This document shows, one piece after another, positions 1 to 12,700 of a stretch of DNA of 64,000 nt. The position numbers and the translations under genes were made by a program. The notes under the pieces were generated by a model. It had not been told where the DNA came from. It saw only the letters and a list, made by a program, of their open reading frames with translations, and made no database searches. This DNA comes from Tubiluchus corallicola (Eukaryota; Animalia; Priapulida). Position 1 is the stretch's first letter, and the number at the start of each line of letters is the position of its first letter. Where the stretch lies: positions 372,001-436,000 of the forward strand of contig JAQGDQ010000005.1 in NCBI GenBank assembly GCA_030141605.1. The letters run 5' to 3'.

Positions 1-2080
1 TAAATCGGTCAACCTATTTAAAAGGCTCATCAACAAACAGGTGCTAGTGCCGCATGACAGGCATCAAATACGGGTGAGTTAAAGCCGTTTGGCTTTGACA
101 CCTGCATGCGTACAGTAACACCACAATAAGCATAAATGATCTAATCTACACTACCCACTAGTGGTTATACAGATAAAGTGTATTTTACAAATTAGCCACA
201 AGCATAAGAGAGAGATGTCACCCAACACAAAGTGGTGCCTCATAATAAATATCAAGCATCACTTTTGGAATCATACAGAAATGGTCTTTTATGTACAAGT
301 ACACAGTTTATCACATTGCACAGCTAGTAACACAATGTCCTCTAACCATGGTTATATTATTATCAATAGGATACCTAAAACAATATTTACAGTTTCTTAG
401 GACTTTTCAAACTTGTACAAAAATAAGATTTATCGCGGTTAACAATACCAAATGGACCATTACATAAACATCTGTATATGTCCATAGAAAATTATGACAT
501 AAAAGTTGATATTGTATGGATTGGCTATTAAGATAGATACAAGTTGGGATAAATAGCAGCGTATTTACAAACGGTAGAAAATAAATGAATAACGAGCAAT
601 ACTATGTAACTGATTAAAAACACTGATATTAAAAACCAGCCAGCCTCTCGCTGTATCACAATTTAAATAATAGAAACTTAACTTACCATAAAACCGAATA
701 ATAGTAGGTTGATTAAATGATGGATAATAACACACATCAATTAGGCCTATTTATAAATAGTTTAAAACAGTTGGTACACCATTGCACATGCGAATATAGA
801 ACAAAAGATTTAAGAAAATGTTTGTTTAACTCAAATAGTAGTAATGCAAAGCAAATCCAATGCTACCATTTATAAAGATTTTTTTCTAAATAGTGTGCAT
901 AATTCATAAACATCTAGAGCAGCTCAACTGCAACAGTGGATATTAACTAGGTATTATACAAATCTTTGAACTCGTACACCTTTGTCAAAAACTTCAAACA
1001 TTCCCTGACAATACTGGTGCGTATACCTGTACAATCTAGATCAGTAGGATAACAAGCTAAGATATTATATAGTGTATCCACAAAAACCATAAAACTACAA
1101 TTCTGTAGTATACAACAAACCAGGTAGACATGCTTTCATATGCTTGTGGCTCACATACAAAGTGCAAAAGACATCACAAAAATCTGCTTCTATAAAAGTT
1201 CTACACTAATCCGTGGCTGTTGAACTCACACAACAAGCACATGGATGCTCTACATTAAAAAAATTTTCATGTTTTTTTGAAAGTTATTGTTTTTCCATTA
1301 CAACTACAGCACAAGACACCACCATGATCAATATTCTTCCATTCGTGGAAGACTGGAATGCTGTAAGCTATCTGTCATACAGTAAATATAACAACTACCA
1401 CTTACAGATGACACGCCACAACATTCATAAGTGCACCACTATGAATGCTAGTGCACCAGACTAACTATACCTACTAGAACTACATAGAGAAAGCATGTGA
1501 AACACTCCAGGGAAACATTACATTTGCAAATTTATCCAAACATTGAAAGCACATGAAAAGACAAGGCTTGTTATGACAGGCTGACCAGAAAGGTCTGGCA
1601 ATATATAGCCGGCTGTATGTAACAGCATTTCGTGTCAACCAAGCCACACTAATTGACTAACTACAACATTTAAATCTTGTCATCATTAAAAGTCTACAAT
1701 CAACTTTCGATCAGTGATCATAACAAATTTCTTTCATTGGTCACTGCATTTTACACATGATGGAAATCTCTTTAATACGAGATTTTTCGCTCACCATTAA
1801 ACTTGTATAAATTAAATCATCCTAAATTAGCTTTAAACCTTCATTAAATAGTGCAAAATGCCATTCTTTCATTAGCAGAATCATATTCAGGCATCATGAT
1901 ATTATTTATTTCTTTGGACATTTCCATGTCTGTACATATAAAATACTCATTGTAGCACAAGTGGCATGGCAAAATAAAACTCATGTATTTCAGCCAGTAT
2001 TTTAACAAACACAAAAATTTAATTAACCAGTACAAGCAATTTGCTGTACAACTTTTGAATTAAAATTTAAGATGAAATTC

Positions 2081-2191
2081 CTAATAGTTGTTTGAACTGA
2101 TCGAATTAAAACTAATCTTTTCGTTTGCTGAAAAATTTGCTCCATTCATGCAAACAGGCTGCCATTTATTTTTAAGAATCCTCAGATCATC
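2081..2191 (-). CDS. RBMS1/2/3: Probable terminal coding exon of RBMS gene (DDLRILKNKWQPVCMNGANFSANEKISFNSISSNNY*)
   Basis: Branch-point-like cactgac plus polypyrimidine ctcctgtttttccttaag acceptor; phase-0 frame open for 36 codons to TAG. No homology recognised. Confidence 0.4.
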   Translation of the reverse strand, partial: DDLRILKNKWQPVCMNGANFSANEKISFNSISSNNY

Positions 2192-2949
2192 CTTAAGGAA
2201 AAACAGGAGGTCAGTGCTTACCAATCCTAAAGATGGAAAAATGACTTATTTATTAACAGATAGTAATCAATTTAACTTGAGAACTTGACAATGTAACTGA
2301 AGTTGCCAAAGCCAACTGGTTTAATACAACAATTTTTACAATTTTATTTTCCTATTCACATACCGTCACCACAAGTAAGGCAAAACCAAATAATGTACAT
2401 CATGTGTAAACAAAGTAAACATGTCTGTTTTTCCTAACCAAAATTCTTAATTAAACAATAAAAACTTTTCTGAAAAAAATCAAGGCAGTAGGAGAAAATA
2501 CTAGTAGTAATGTATTGAAACTGAACAAGTTACTCATTGTTACTGGGCATAACGCAAAAAAATAATAACTCAGGAAAAAATTATTTTAATAAAACAATTG
2601 GCATAGCATTAAAAGTTTTCTGCTATCATTTATTTAAAATAACTTTACACCTTTCATGATCCTTTATTTGAAATAAAATAACTAAACTTTCATTCTAAGC
2701 AGTTAACTAATGAAGAAATAATGGAGTTATGATTCCAACATTATACTTGTGTACTATAAACCATTTTACAATACACTTCCGTTGGATGCACAGCTAGCAA
2801 TTTATTATTCTAGGCAATACATTACTGTGTGCTAGTGCTAAGAGATATAGAAATGCTCACATTAACACTATCTATACAGTAAAGTGTTTACATTTATAAC
2901 TGTATAGGTGCACGTATGAATGGTTTACAGTACCTCAGCCACTTCTTAC

Positions 2950-3057
2950 CACTCCTGTGTTTGTGGCATCCGGTGTCCCAGCAGGCATGGGCATCGAAGG
3001 AACAACTGCTGGTACATAGGGTACCTGATGTGCATATGCATGTCCTCCTTGCACGTA
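2950..3057 (-). CDS. RBMS1/2/3: RBMS-family C-terminal exon (YVQGGHAYAHQVPYVPAVVPSMPMPAGTPDATNTGV)
   Basis: ttcgtttcag acceptor, 108 nt open, GTG|gtaaga donor; Y/P/A-rich like the RBMS tail; read-through reaches TGA at 2937-2935. Confidence 0.75.
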
Positions 3058-4023
3058 CTGAAACGAAAACAGTTGGTTGCTATAGGTGGCAAAACATTCC
3101 AGTATTTAAGCTCACATTAACTGTAAAAGTTGGGGTTACAGTCCACAATTCATATAAAATAAACCAAGCATACACTATGTAACATTTAACATGTGCAACT
3201 ATTGATTACACAAAATGACAATCATTACTGAGAGGTTAATCATAAGATACAATTGAAGTGCCAAATTATACAAAAATGAAAATGAAAATAAATATAAATT
3301 AAGAGTTTTAAAATAGGAAATTAATAAAATTGAATAATAATAATAGCCATATTCTTTACATTTTAGTATTCTGTGAAAGTCCAAATAATTAAATTAAAAA
3401 AAGTTTAAATGCAAATCTTAAACCAAATTTGCGATTTCTGAAGCCAGAAAGTAAAAAAGACGTCTAAAGGTATACTTCACCATAATGTACTTGTGTTACA
3501 AATTTGTATTCGTATCAAACAAAAAATATATTAATATTTATGATGAACAAAGAATGACATGGTCTGCGAAGAGAGAACTGCAAGTTTTACATAAGCATTA
3601 TTAGAACAATTAATCATGCAAAAGTTTATTAGAACAGTGTTATACAGATAGCTAGTTCATGACATCATCCACCACACCTTAACCAGTGCAATGCCACAGA
3701 TGCTAGCCAGCCAACAGTAATTAGTTTAACCATCAAGGGCAAAGTCTACTACAAGTGAAAATTTTCATACCCACTTTTAACAGCATTGCTTTCTGCAAAG
3801 CCAGAATGAAATGTTTACATTCCAGGTTGCACAAACGCTGTATAAACACCACTTTTTATGACATTGCACATTTGGCTCAGAAAATTTCCACAAGAAAGAC
3901 AATGTTTTGGTAGTACTGCTGTTGTCAGTATATATTAGATGAAGAATGCAAATCACGCCAGTAAGGTAAAACCGAAAACCTAGTTCCATCACCAATTCTG
4001 TGGTAATATACTAAAACTCGTAC

Positions 4024-4041
4024 CTTTGTGACTGGCTGCAC
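4024..4041 (-). CDS. RBMS1/2/3: Candidate 18-nt in-frame microexon of the RBMS gene (VQPVTK)
   Basis: atgcgtgcattttccatag|GTGCAGCCAGTCACAAAG|gtacga; phase 0/0 between two phase-0 exons; two UGC motifs just upstream of the acceptor. Confidence 0.45.
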
Positions 4042-5200
4042 CTATGGAAAATGCACGCATACAATAGTGGTGTTGCGCAACAATGCCACATACAGCGCAA
4101 AACATGGCTAGACAATAACTTGCAAGTGAATTAGCAATGTGAAGTTAAGTTTTGTGTATCTACAGAAAATTATGAAAAATTTCTATTCTTCAACCAATTA
4201 TCTCAATGGATTTTACAGTAAGCACTCCAACATTTGCAAACATTAATGCAAAGTCTATTAATTATCACGCATCTTGGTGCATTTAATTGTTAACGAGAAA
4301 GAGAAAACGTTACGCTGTTATCAACAGTTTAACTATTTTTCAAAACATTAGAAAAAACTTTTACAATTTTACAGGAGTCCTCTACAATGCAAAAAAAACA
4401 AAATACATACATTGTCAAATATTGAGTTCTAGGGCAAACATTTGTTTTCAGACAACAAGTTCTGCACTATGCTTGCAACAGCAAAAAAATATTTTATTAT
4501 AATTAAATGGTGAGACACCAAACTAACATGTAAAGAAAAATCTCGACAAATTCATGCTGAAGGAAACCTTTATTTAACAAATGCTAGCTATATAAAATAA
4601 AAACCAACACCAACCAACAAACACATATTTTTCAACATAACTGTCAAGTAAACAACAACATTCATTTATCAAAATCACACATAATACAATAATCATTAGT
4701 ATGCAAATAGACCAATGATGGAACACAATACAATGTACAAAAAATCGTATATTAAAATACAGTGAACACAGTTTCTGCAAAAGTAACTGTAGTAAAAAAA
4801 CTAGCAATTTGAAAATAAAACAATGGAAAATGTACAAAGTGTGATTAACTACACACTGCCTAATCCAAAATAAATTATTACAATAATTATTAATCAACTG
4901 AAATTTGACTTAAAATCGAGAAAATATATCATTTTTGTCCAGAAAAATTCAGTTGTGTTTTACAAGTTGCAAGGGATACTTTGACTAAAATATTATAGTA
5001 ACTATAGACAAGTAAAACTACTGCAGTGAAAAAAGTCATGCCGCCATGCAAAAAGCTTTCACTTACAGTGTGAAATGCAAATCCTAAACAAAGTAAACAG
5101 ACTTGCACAAATTTAACACAACATTTTGCGTTTCACTGAGTTTATGTAAGAAAAACTAAAACTGTAAATGTGAATTTTTCATAGCCATATCAACACCTAC

Positions 5201-5311
5201 CGCAGAACCAGTGTTTCCAAGCTGTAGCTGACCCATTTGAGCTGCAAGCTGGGGTATAATGCTACTCTGTAGGTGTCCTGCAGCATTGGGATCCACCTGC
5301 GACTGCATCAT
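5201..5311 (-). CDS. RBMS1/2/3: RBMS-family C-terminal exon (MMQSQVDPNAAGHLQSSIIPQLAAQMGQLQLGNTGSA)
   Basis: Resembles RBMS C-terminal LAQQMSHLSLGSTGT; 111 nt, phase 0/0; tttttacag acceptor and GCG|gtaggt donor. Confidence 0.85.
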
Positions 5312-5520
5312 CTGTAAAAAATCACACTTGAGCATTAAGCATTGACAATACAAATGTTTATTATTCATAACAATGGAAAAAACACCAAATTTTTATCGTT
5401 CTAAAAACTGAGAAACTTTTATAAGTTTTCAAAGACAGTAACATCAGTTAAGTGAAAAAACAGATCACTGCAACTTGCATTTAATTTCATCAACATGTGT
5501 CAAGGCATTTACCTATTGTA

Positions 5521-5597
5521 TAATCTACCTACGAGGAGGAAAATGTTAAGCTTACGTAAGTTTAATCTACCTACGAGGTCGAAAATGTTAAGCTTAC
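5521..5597. repeat. 35-bp direct duplication (period 42) containing the splice donor of exon 5598-5851
   Basis: taatctacctacgagg(ag/tc)gaaaatgttaagcttac at 5521-5555 and 5563-5597. Confidence 0.9.
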
Positions 5598-5851
5598 ATA
5601 GGCTTGTTGAGGAGGAATCCACGGAGTAGCTTGCACTTGATAGGTAGTCACGGGCGTGCCACCACCAAGCGAATATCTAGGTACAATACCAGTCTGCAAC
5701 ATTTGTGATCCCATACCATTTTGTGATATGTGGTCACCATACTGGTATGACTGAAGGTTTTCTCCTTCGCGCCACCTGTTGAGGGGCTTCTCAAAAGGTG
5801 GCCGCTTCTTGGATCCATCAGCAAACTTTACAAGAAGTGGTTCCTGGCAAC
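5598..5851 (-). CDS. RBMS1/2/3: RBMS-family exon: end of RRM2 (GCQEPLLVKFADGSKKR) plus low-complexity region to ATPWIPPQQAY
   Basis: EPLLxKFADG motif; 254 nt open reading; ctgcag acceptor and TAT|gtaagc donor (phase 0). Confidence 0.9.
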
Positions 5852-6244
5852 CTGCAGGCAGTCAGCAAAATGCAGTTACATGACTTTGCAACGAAAATCC
5901 AACAGAATATAAAATCATATACTATGCACGGTGAAACATAAATAGCATCACTAAGGTGTATTTAGTACCTTAAGAAGACCTATAGAATTTACGAAGATAT
6001 TGTTATTCCACCAGTGTCATCAACATGGTACATAGCTTTGTGTGGCTTCAGAAGAAGGCAAGCAGACTGACCACTTTATCGGCCAGGTTGTTTAAATTTT
6101 TCTAAACATTCTTACAAGTCTCATGTATATTATATTAAAGAACTGGTTAGTCAAAGCATCAAAATATGACTTGCAGAAGATCAGTACGCATATGCTATTG
6201 AAGTACTACGACTTATTAAGCATTTAGTCAAATCTGTACTGTAC

Positions 6245-6306
6245 CAGTAATGTGGTTGCCATTGAAAACTTTAATTGCCGAGTCACACTTGTCCTTGCTT
6301 TCAAGC
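6245..6306 (-). CDS. RBMS1/2/3: RBMS-family RRM2 exon (LESKDKCDSAIKVFNGNHIT)
   Basis: Matches RBMS MESTEKCEAVI..FNG; 62 nt, phase 2/1; ttttatag acceptor and G|gtacag donor. Confidence 0.92.
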
Positions 6307-6772
6307 CTATAAAATCAGATTCAGATAGTAAACAGAGGCGGTCAATCCAACAATTATCAAACTAGAATTATTAAAATAAGATTTCTCAAAAAGTATTTTT
6401 GCAAGAGGATTTTTTCAATTATTTGATGAACAACAGAAGAAGAAAACACGTTTCTCAAAACTTTCATGCCAACGTTACCATGAAACAGAAGCAATATAAA
6501 ATTGTATACGCTCTTGTCAAACTGAAACAAGTCTGTCTAAACTGCCTATTAAGAAGCATGCAGGCAACAAATATTTGGTTATAGAAAGTGAATCCACAAA
6601 CTGTGTGGACAATACAAAAATCTGTTTGAACAAAAATATGCTGAAATACATACATACATCTCCACACAGATTTACCATATTCACAGAGCAGTAGCTAATG
6701 AACAGTTTGTTTTCTGAGTTACTATAGTACTAGCAATACTTAGGTGCCAGCTCATTACTACCGAATACCTAC

Positions 6773-6930
6773 CGTGCAAACCCAACCCCACGACTATGGC
6801 CATTATTATCCCGTAATATTCGTGTGCTGACTACAGGTCCATAAGGCATCAATATCTGTTCTAATTCGTTTTCGTTCATAGTTTTCGGTAGGTTAGCGAA
6901 ATATAAATTTGTAGGATCTTGCTCTTGTTG
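6773..6930 (-). CDS. RBMS1/2/3: RBMS-family RRM2 exon ([53 protein letters not shown])
   Basis: [10 protein letters not shown]...STRILRD...SRGVGFAR is diagnostic of RBMS RRM2; 158 nt; cttag acceptor and CG|gtaggt donor. Confidence 0.95.
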
Positions 6931-8095
6931 CTAAGAAGAAAAGGGAGTATATCAAACGAATTATATCATGAACGGCTGTACTTCAGAAGAAAATGAATAA
7001 AAAACTTCACATTGTCCTAATTATTTATCATGTTTTGGGCAAGTTTCATCATCATCATCATCAGCTGTTCAAAAATGTCAGCATAGGTAAAAGACTTTGC
7101 TGGTAAAAGGTAAACTATTAAATTATACCAAAGTAATGATTTTGATATAAAAAGACAATTTAGTACAACATCATTATTGCTTGATCAAAACTAGTGAAGA
7201 AATGAATTTTAAAAAGCTCAGTACAACACGGTTTTGGCTTCACCACGCCAGTGAAAAGCAGTGATTTTTGTTTCTTACCTTATATTGTTATCAAATTACT
7301 CCTTTTTAGTCCAAGAGTTATTTAAAATCATCACATATTAGCCAAAAACAGAACTCTATTTAGTATTAGAGATGACACCTGGATAGTTCCTTAGCAGCTC
7401 AAAAGAATGAAGAAATTGAAAAGAGCTCGTTAAAGACATAACTGTTTTGGATTACAAATGAGTTACAAATGCTGTTACTCTGAGCAAAAATATTTTTTCA
7501 GGGCAATCGTAAAACCTGCCAAAAATGGCATCAAATTCGGCTGTATCTAGTATCTATGCTGCAATCTCCGGGTGTAACTAAAGTATTTTGTTGCTTACCC
7601 ATTGACCTACAAATGCATGTTTAAAGGTGCAAACACACGTGCACCTACAAATACAGACAGTAATGTGTTTATAACTCTGAACCATAGTAGTTTTCCGTCC
7701 CATCTGACTTCATAATCTCACATATACTGTAGGTTAAAGTTAATTTTACATAAAAGTCTTCCTGACAACAGTAAAGCTGCTGAACTTCATGCAGCAGGCG
7801 TTTGTGGCAATCAATATCAAATTGATTAGTCATGAACTAAACTATGCTCACTGCAAAGACAGTAGTTCCTCATACAAGCCATGGACTGAACGTTTGTATT
7901 GCTGCGCAAGGTTAAAATAAATTATAATCATCAATCAAGTTTAAGTTAACATAAATTATATCATTTGCTTGGATGCATAATTCCTAAGTGCAAAATTACT
8001 GCTCCTATTGATTGTCACAATTGTTATGCTGGATTTGCAAAAATTAAAAGATAATACTTAATAAATAATAAGAAAGGATTCAGAAGTACCTTTAC

Positions 8096-8187
8096 CTTTG
8101 CCATCTGGGCTTGTACTCCCTGCAATTGAAGAGCTTTCATAGCTGTTTCGGCTACTACAGGAGATTCAAAGTCAACAAACCCGTAAC
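8096..8187 (-). CDS. RBMS1/2/3: RBMS-family RRM1 exon ([31 protein letters not shown])
   Basis: RNP1 KGYGFVDF and the family motif GVQAQMAK; 92 nt; tttaag acceptor and AAG|gtaaag donor. Confidence 0.95.
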
Positions 8188-9059
8188 CTTAAATGAAAAA
8201 CAGGTCAACAACATCAAAAACAATACCATCAAAATTAAAAACTTGTACAAAAATACATATTTTATACTTTTACAAAGGAAACTATTATTAAAAGGAAAGT
8301 TTGAAAAAGTCAATGACTCGTTTTTTCGTTGCCCAAATTAATAAAAAAGTTCAGTGTTCTCACAGGCCTCCTTTATTAGTTCAGTGAAATTTAAATGCGA
8401 TGGAATACACTCTTCAGATTTGCAATTGTGATATTCAATAGCAATTAGTAGTATTCAATGACAATGTGCAGTAATCAGTAATTACAGTTGAAAAACTATT
8501 ACTTTATTAAACAAAACCGGATAATTGAAACAAACCAGAAATCTCCCGAGAGGATTATTGGTTAAACTAGAGTTACAGATAATTTAAACCAATTTTCACT
8601 AAATCTTAGCAAATTATTACGTTTCATTCTTTGAATGCCCTGTGAACTTTTTGTGCAGTACTCTCTACTATGTGCACAATAACAAACTAGCGAAAAAATG
8701 TTTCCACAATGAAGCTCACATTAATTACCATCAAGTCGAGGTGATTCCTTTCAATAAGAAGAATTATTATTTAGAAAACAATGACAAGATATATCGCTGT
8801 AACAATCATTGACAGAGAGAGATGATGATGCGTCAAAATTGCGATGTGTGAGCAGAGTGAAAAGTGAAAAATGCTAGATAATGAATACTAGTTAGAGCCA
8901 TATTATCACTGCAGCTCTGGGAAAATCTTCACTTGTTACATAATCCATTTCTACGGAAAACTACTACAAACTGCTGATTTTTCACAAATAAATGCATCGT
9001 TGCATTGAACGGAATAGTAAACTAATAAAAATAAATTATCTAGTAAATAGAAGACTTAC

Positions 9060-9118
9060 CTTTGCATTGGTTTGTATTCTTGTCTAATATTGCTTTTGTG
9101 GATACAATGTTACCATAT
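9060..9118 (-). CDS. RBMS1/2/3: RBMS-family RRM1 exon (QYGNIVSTKAILDKNTNQCKG)
   Basis: Near-identical to vertebrate RBMS3 YGKIVSTKAILDKNTNQCKG as I recall it; 59 nt; ttttcag acceptor and G|gtaagt donor; phases match neighbours. Confidence 0.95.
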
Positions 9119-9719
9119 CTGAAAAGTGACAGGTTAATTTTTGAAAACGAGATGCAAACATATTTGTAGAAACGATTTTTAATGTTTATATCACACCCGA
9201 CACCTGCTGCAAATGAATCATCAGACATACAACTGGAGTTGGGTAAGACAGATCTGCCTCCCCAAACTTAGCCAAGGTAAAGTGAATCACTTCTTTAAAT
9301 ATTATTGTCTCTGTTCAGCATAATTCATACTTTAGAAAATTATGGGTGGTAGCTCCCTAATCAGCAAAAATACCAGGCTAAGTTTTAACTTTACTGTATG
9401 TCCACATTTACATTGTTATATAATTATACAGTGGTTATCATAATGAGCTTTATTGGCAATATGGCCAGAATTACACGAAACCAAGGTCATACATCTCTCC
9501 ATTTCTTAAGTGAGGGAGAAACTGATTCATTATAAATACTTATGCAAGGCACAGCAATGTCGTGTCCAGAGTCTAGTGTTTTTTTCAAACCCTTCCGAAG
9601 CTGTCACAAGAAGCTTAATTTTAAATTACAGAAACTCCATAATAAACTGGATCCAGAATTCTAAGAAACGCCTGCCTATGTGTTTGTTGGGACAGGATTA
9701 GTGGTTATTTACAATGATT

Positions 9720-12700
9720 AGAAATCAATAATAGTTAATACAATAGTGCTGTATTATCGTTAGCATGACTTATCTGTTTTCATGTGTTTTCTTGCTGAAG
9801 GTGAAAATGCTGTCTGCAAATTTCTTGTGATTTAAGGTATTTATCAATTGAGGGCGACATTTAAAGTTATATAAGCATGATCATTTAAGTTGGACTTAAA
9901 AAATCGTTGAAGAGTTGTACGAACAATAACCTTTAGAGCAACTTCAGTATCCTACTGAGAAAAAGTGCCGGTGCTAAATAACAGAGGCTTTTGTCAAAGA
10001 GGAGAATGGCTGACGACTTTTTTGACGAAATGCCTGATACCATAATTATCATCAATGAGGCGCTTGCATACTGCCTTCACCACACACAATTCAGTTGTAA
10101 TGATGCATTAAAAACAGTCTTACTAAACTTTTCCCTGCCAAATGAGAACAGTAAAGCTGAACACGATATTTTATGGGATGAGTGCAACAACTACTTGCCT
10201 ACGTTACCAACAGCCGTTCAACTGCAGTTAGATCAGCACATGAAGCGGATCTTTGAGACATAGCTGATGCAATGAAATATCAAGACGAGAGTGACAGTTG
10301 TGAATTATTTCAGGTTGTGGCAAAAAACCACCAGAGGAAGTGAATGTGTGTGCTATAGTAGACCGCCTAACAAAGTCAAACGAAAACTTGCTGAGGTCAG
10401 AGGAGCAGTCTGAAAAATATACGATACAGAATATAGCAAATGATGTTGAGATCAATAATTCTTCGGCGAACGAGAATCGTCAAGCAAAGGTGAAGAGTGT
10501 GGCTACATCAAACAGGGAGTGTGCAGAGAAAGAGAACCAGAACAAGGATAAGCGGAGAACATTTCATTTGTTCCTGAATGGAAAAAGGAGGAGAATACTG
10601 GTCCTGCCACAGCCGAATTTCAGGTCCCAATATACCATCATAAGAAAGTGGAGCAGAGGAGAAAAAAGAGCAGTGGTGATTGGGACTAATGAAAATGCAC
10701 AAGTAACTGGAGCGCCATGAGACCTAGACATGTTTGTCATTCGAGTGACACACTCTACATCTGATGATGAAATTAAAGCGATTCTGAAGAGCCAAAAAAT
10801 TGACGTTATCGATTTCCTGAAGATATCACACAAAGAAGCCAGGTATAAGTCTTACAAGATAACTATAGGCTCTGAATACATTGACAAAGTCTTTAAAGCT
10901 GAGTTTTGGTCATGTAATATAGGTTGCAGAATATTTGTGCAACTTAGAAGGGGGGATGAACTGAACAAAAATGTGTAATGGATAGGTTTTTAATTTGTAC
11001 TTTTAACTATAAAGTATTTTGCAACTAGATAGACGTGTTTTCATTAAATCTTTGTTAAGCAAATGTGACAATCAACTGCAAAAATTAAAGGATATATCGC
11101 TCAATTTTAATGTGATAGCTTGTTCCAGAGTTGATAGTAGCACTGAAATCTTAAGAGGGAGACCATATGGTGGTTGTGCACTATTCTGGCACACATCATT
11201 AGATCAAGTGTTAACCCTTATAAAAACAGACTGTCGCCGATTATGTGGTGTAAAAATGATAAATGAAGGGACATGCACTTTATTAATTAATACGTATATG
11301 CCTTATGATTCTGGTACAAATAAAGTAGACGATGTACAACAGACAGTTAATGTTATAAACGAGATAGAACACTTGATTCAGTTAATGTTTAAAATGAGAT
11401 AATGTTATGATAGGGGGCGATTTCAATGCACACTTCAAGAAAAATTCTGCCCACGTCAATACTATTGGTACTTTTGCTGAAAGGGGAAATGTTTCAATTG
11501 TAAAGCAAGTGAAAATTGTAAAATTGATTTTACATATCGTAACAATTGCACATTGAACGAATCTTTTATAGATCATTTTATTACAAACAAAAGCCTGATG
11601 TCAAGTGTCACTGAATTAGTTGTTAATTATTCAGGTGATAATTTAAGTGACCATAGCCCAATTATTCTTAAATTATCCGGTTTGAATCAACTAAAGCATG
11701 ATTGCCTTGGCAAAGGGCTAGTGTTCAAGAGTTTAAACCAGTTTAAGCAGGTTTTAAACATAAATCTTGGTCTGATCCAAGTACCTTACAATATTGTGTA
11801 TTGCTCATTAGCGGGACACCAGTATGATAGTCACAATACTGCTATAAATGACTATTGCAATGCAATTGTTAATGCTTGAATTCATGCATGATGCCAAACT
11901 ATTCCTTTTACCAGAAACAAACAGACTAGTAATACCAGGCTGGGCAAATAAAGTTGAGGCTGCCCATCAAACAGCATTGTTTTGCACAAATTATGGGTTT
12001 CGTATAATCGGTCACGTTGCTTACATTCAGCACATTACACGCGCTTGTTATCATTGGGCTGTAAGAAAGACTAAACGCAATATTAACGATGAAAGAGTAG
12101 CAAAAATGTCTGAACATATTGCTATGAAAAGGCATTTTGGTTTATAATTTGGGTTTAAATCTAAGATATCTACTAATATGTGTACCATGATTTTAAAGAA
12201 ACTGCTAAATATTACATACAAAATGGCTGATGCTTCTAAAGCATTCAATATAATAAATTACTATGAATTGTTCAAATTTCTACTTCAGAAAAATCTTCCT
12301 GCTAATATAATCAAATTGTTATTAAATATGCATACGAACCAGCAAATATGTTTATTGTGGTATAATGCCAAATCTAGATTTTTTTACTTGTACCAACGGG
12401 GTTAACACAGGATGCTATCTTGTCCCCAATTTTATTTGGAGGGAACTTAGATTGGACTATTGTGTAAATTGCAGGATTCTAAAATTGGATGCGTGATGGG
12501 TAACAGGTGCTGTGACAGTGTCGCATATGCTGACAATTTTTCTGTTGGCTACGAATATACAGGCTCTCCAGGCCGGTTAATTTGTGAAGAGTATGCCAGA
12601 AATTATGATATTGATTTCGCAAACATAAGTCGTCACAAAGTAAAGAGCAAATATATAATTTTTTATTCTCATAAGGATGTCCCCCACAACTTACATCCCA

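Noticed and set aside
1213-1650. Other possible terminal exons of the RBMS gene
   Set aside because: Weaker acceptors than 2191 and no homology; more likely 3' UTR or flank.
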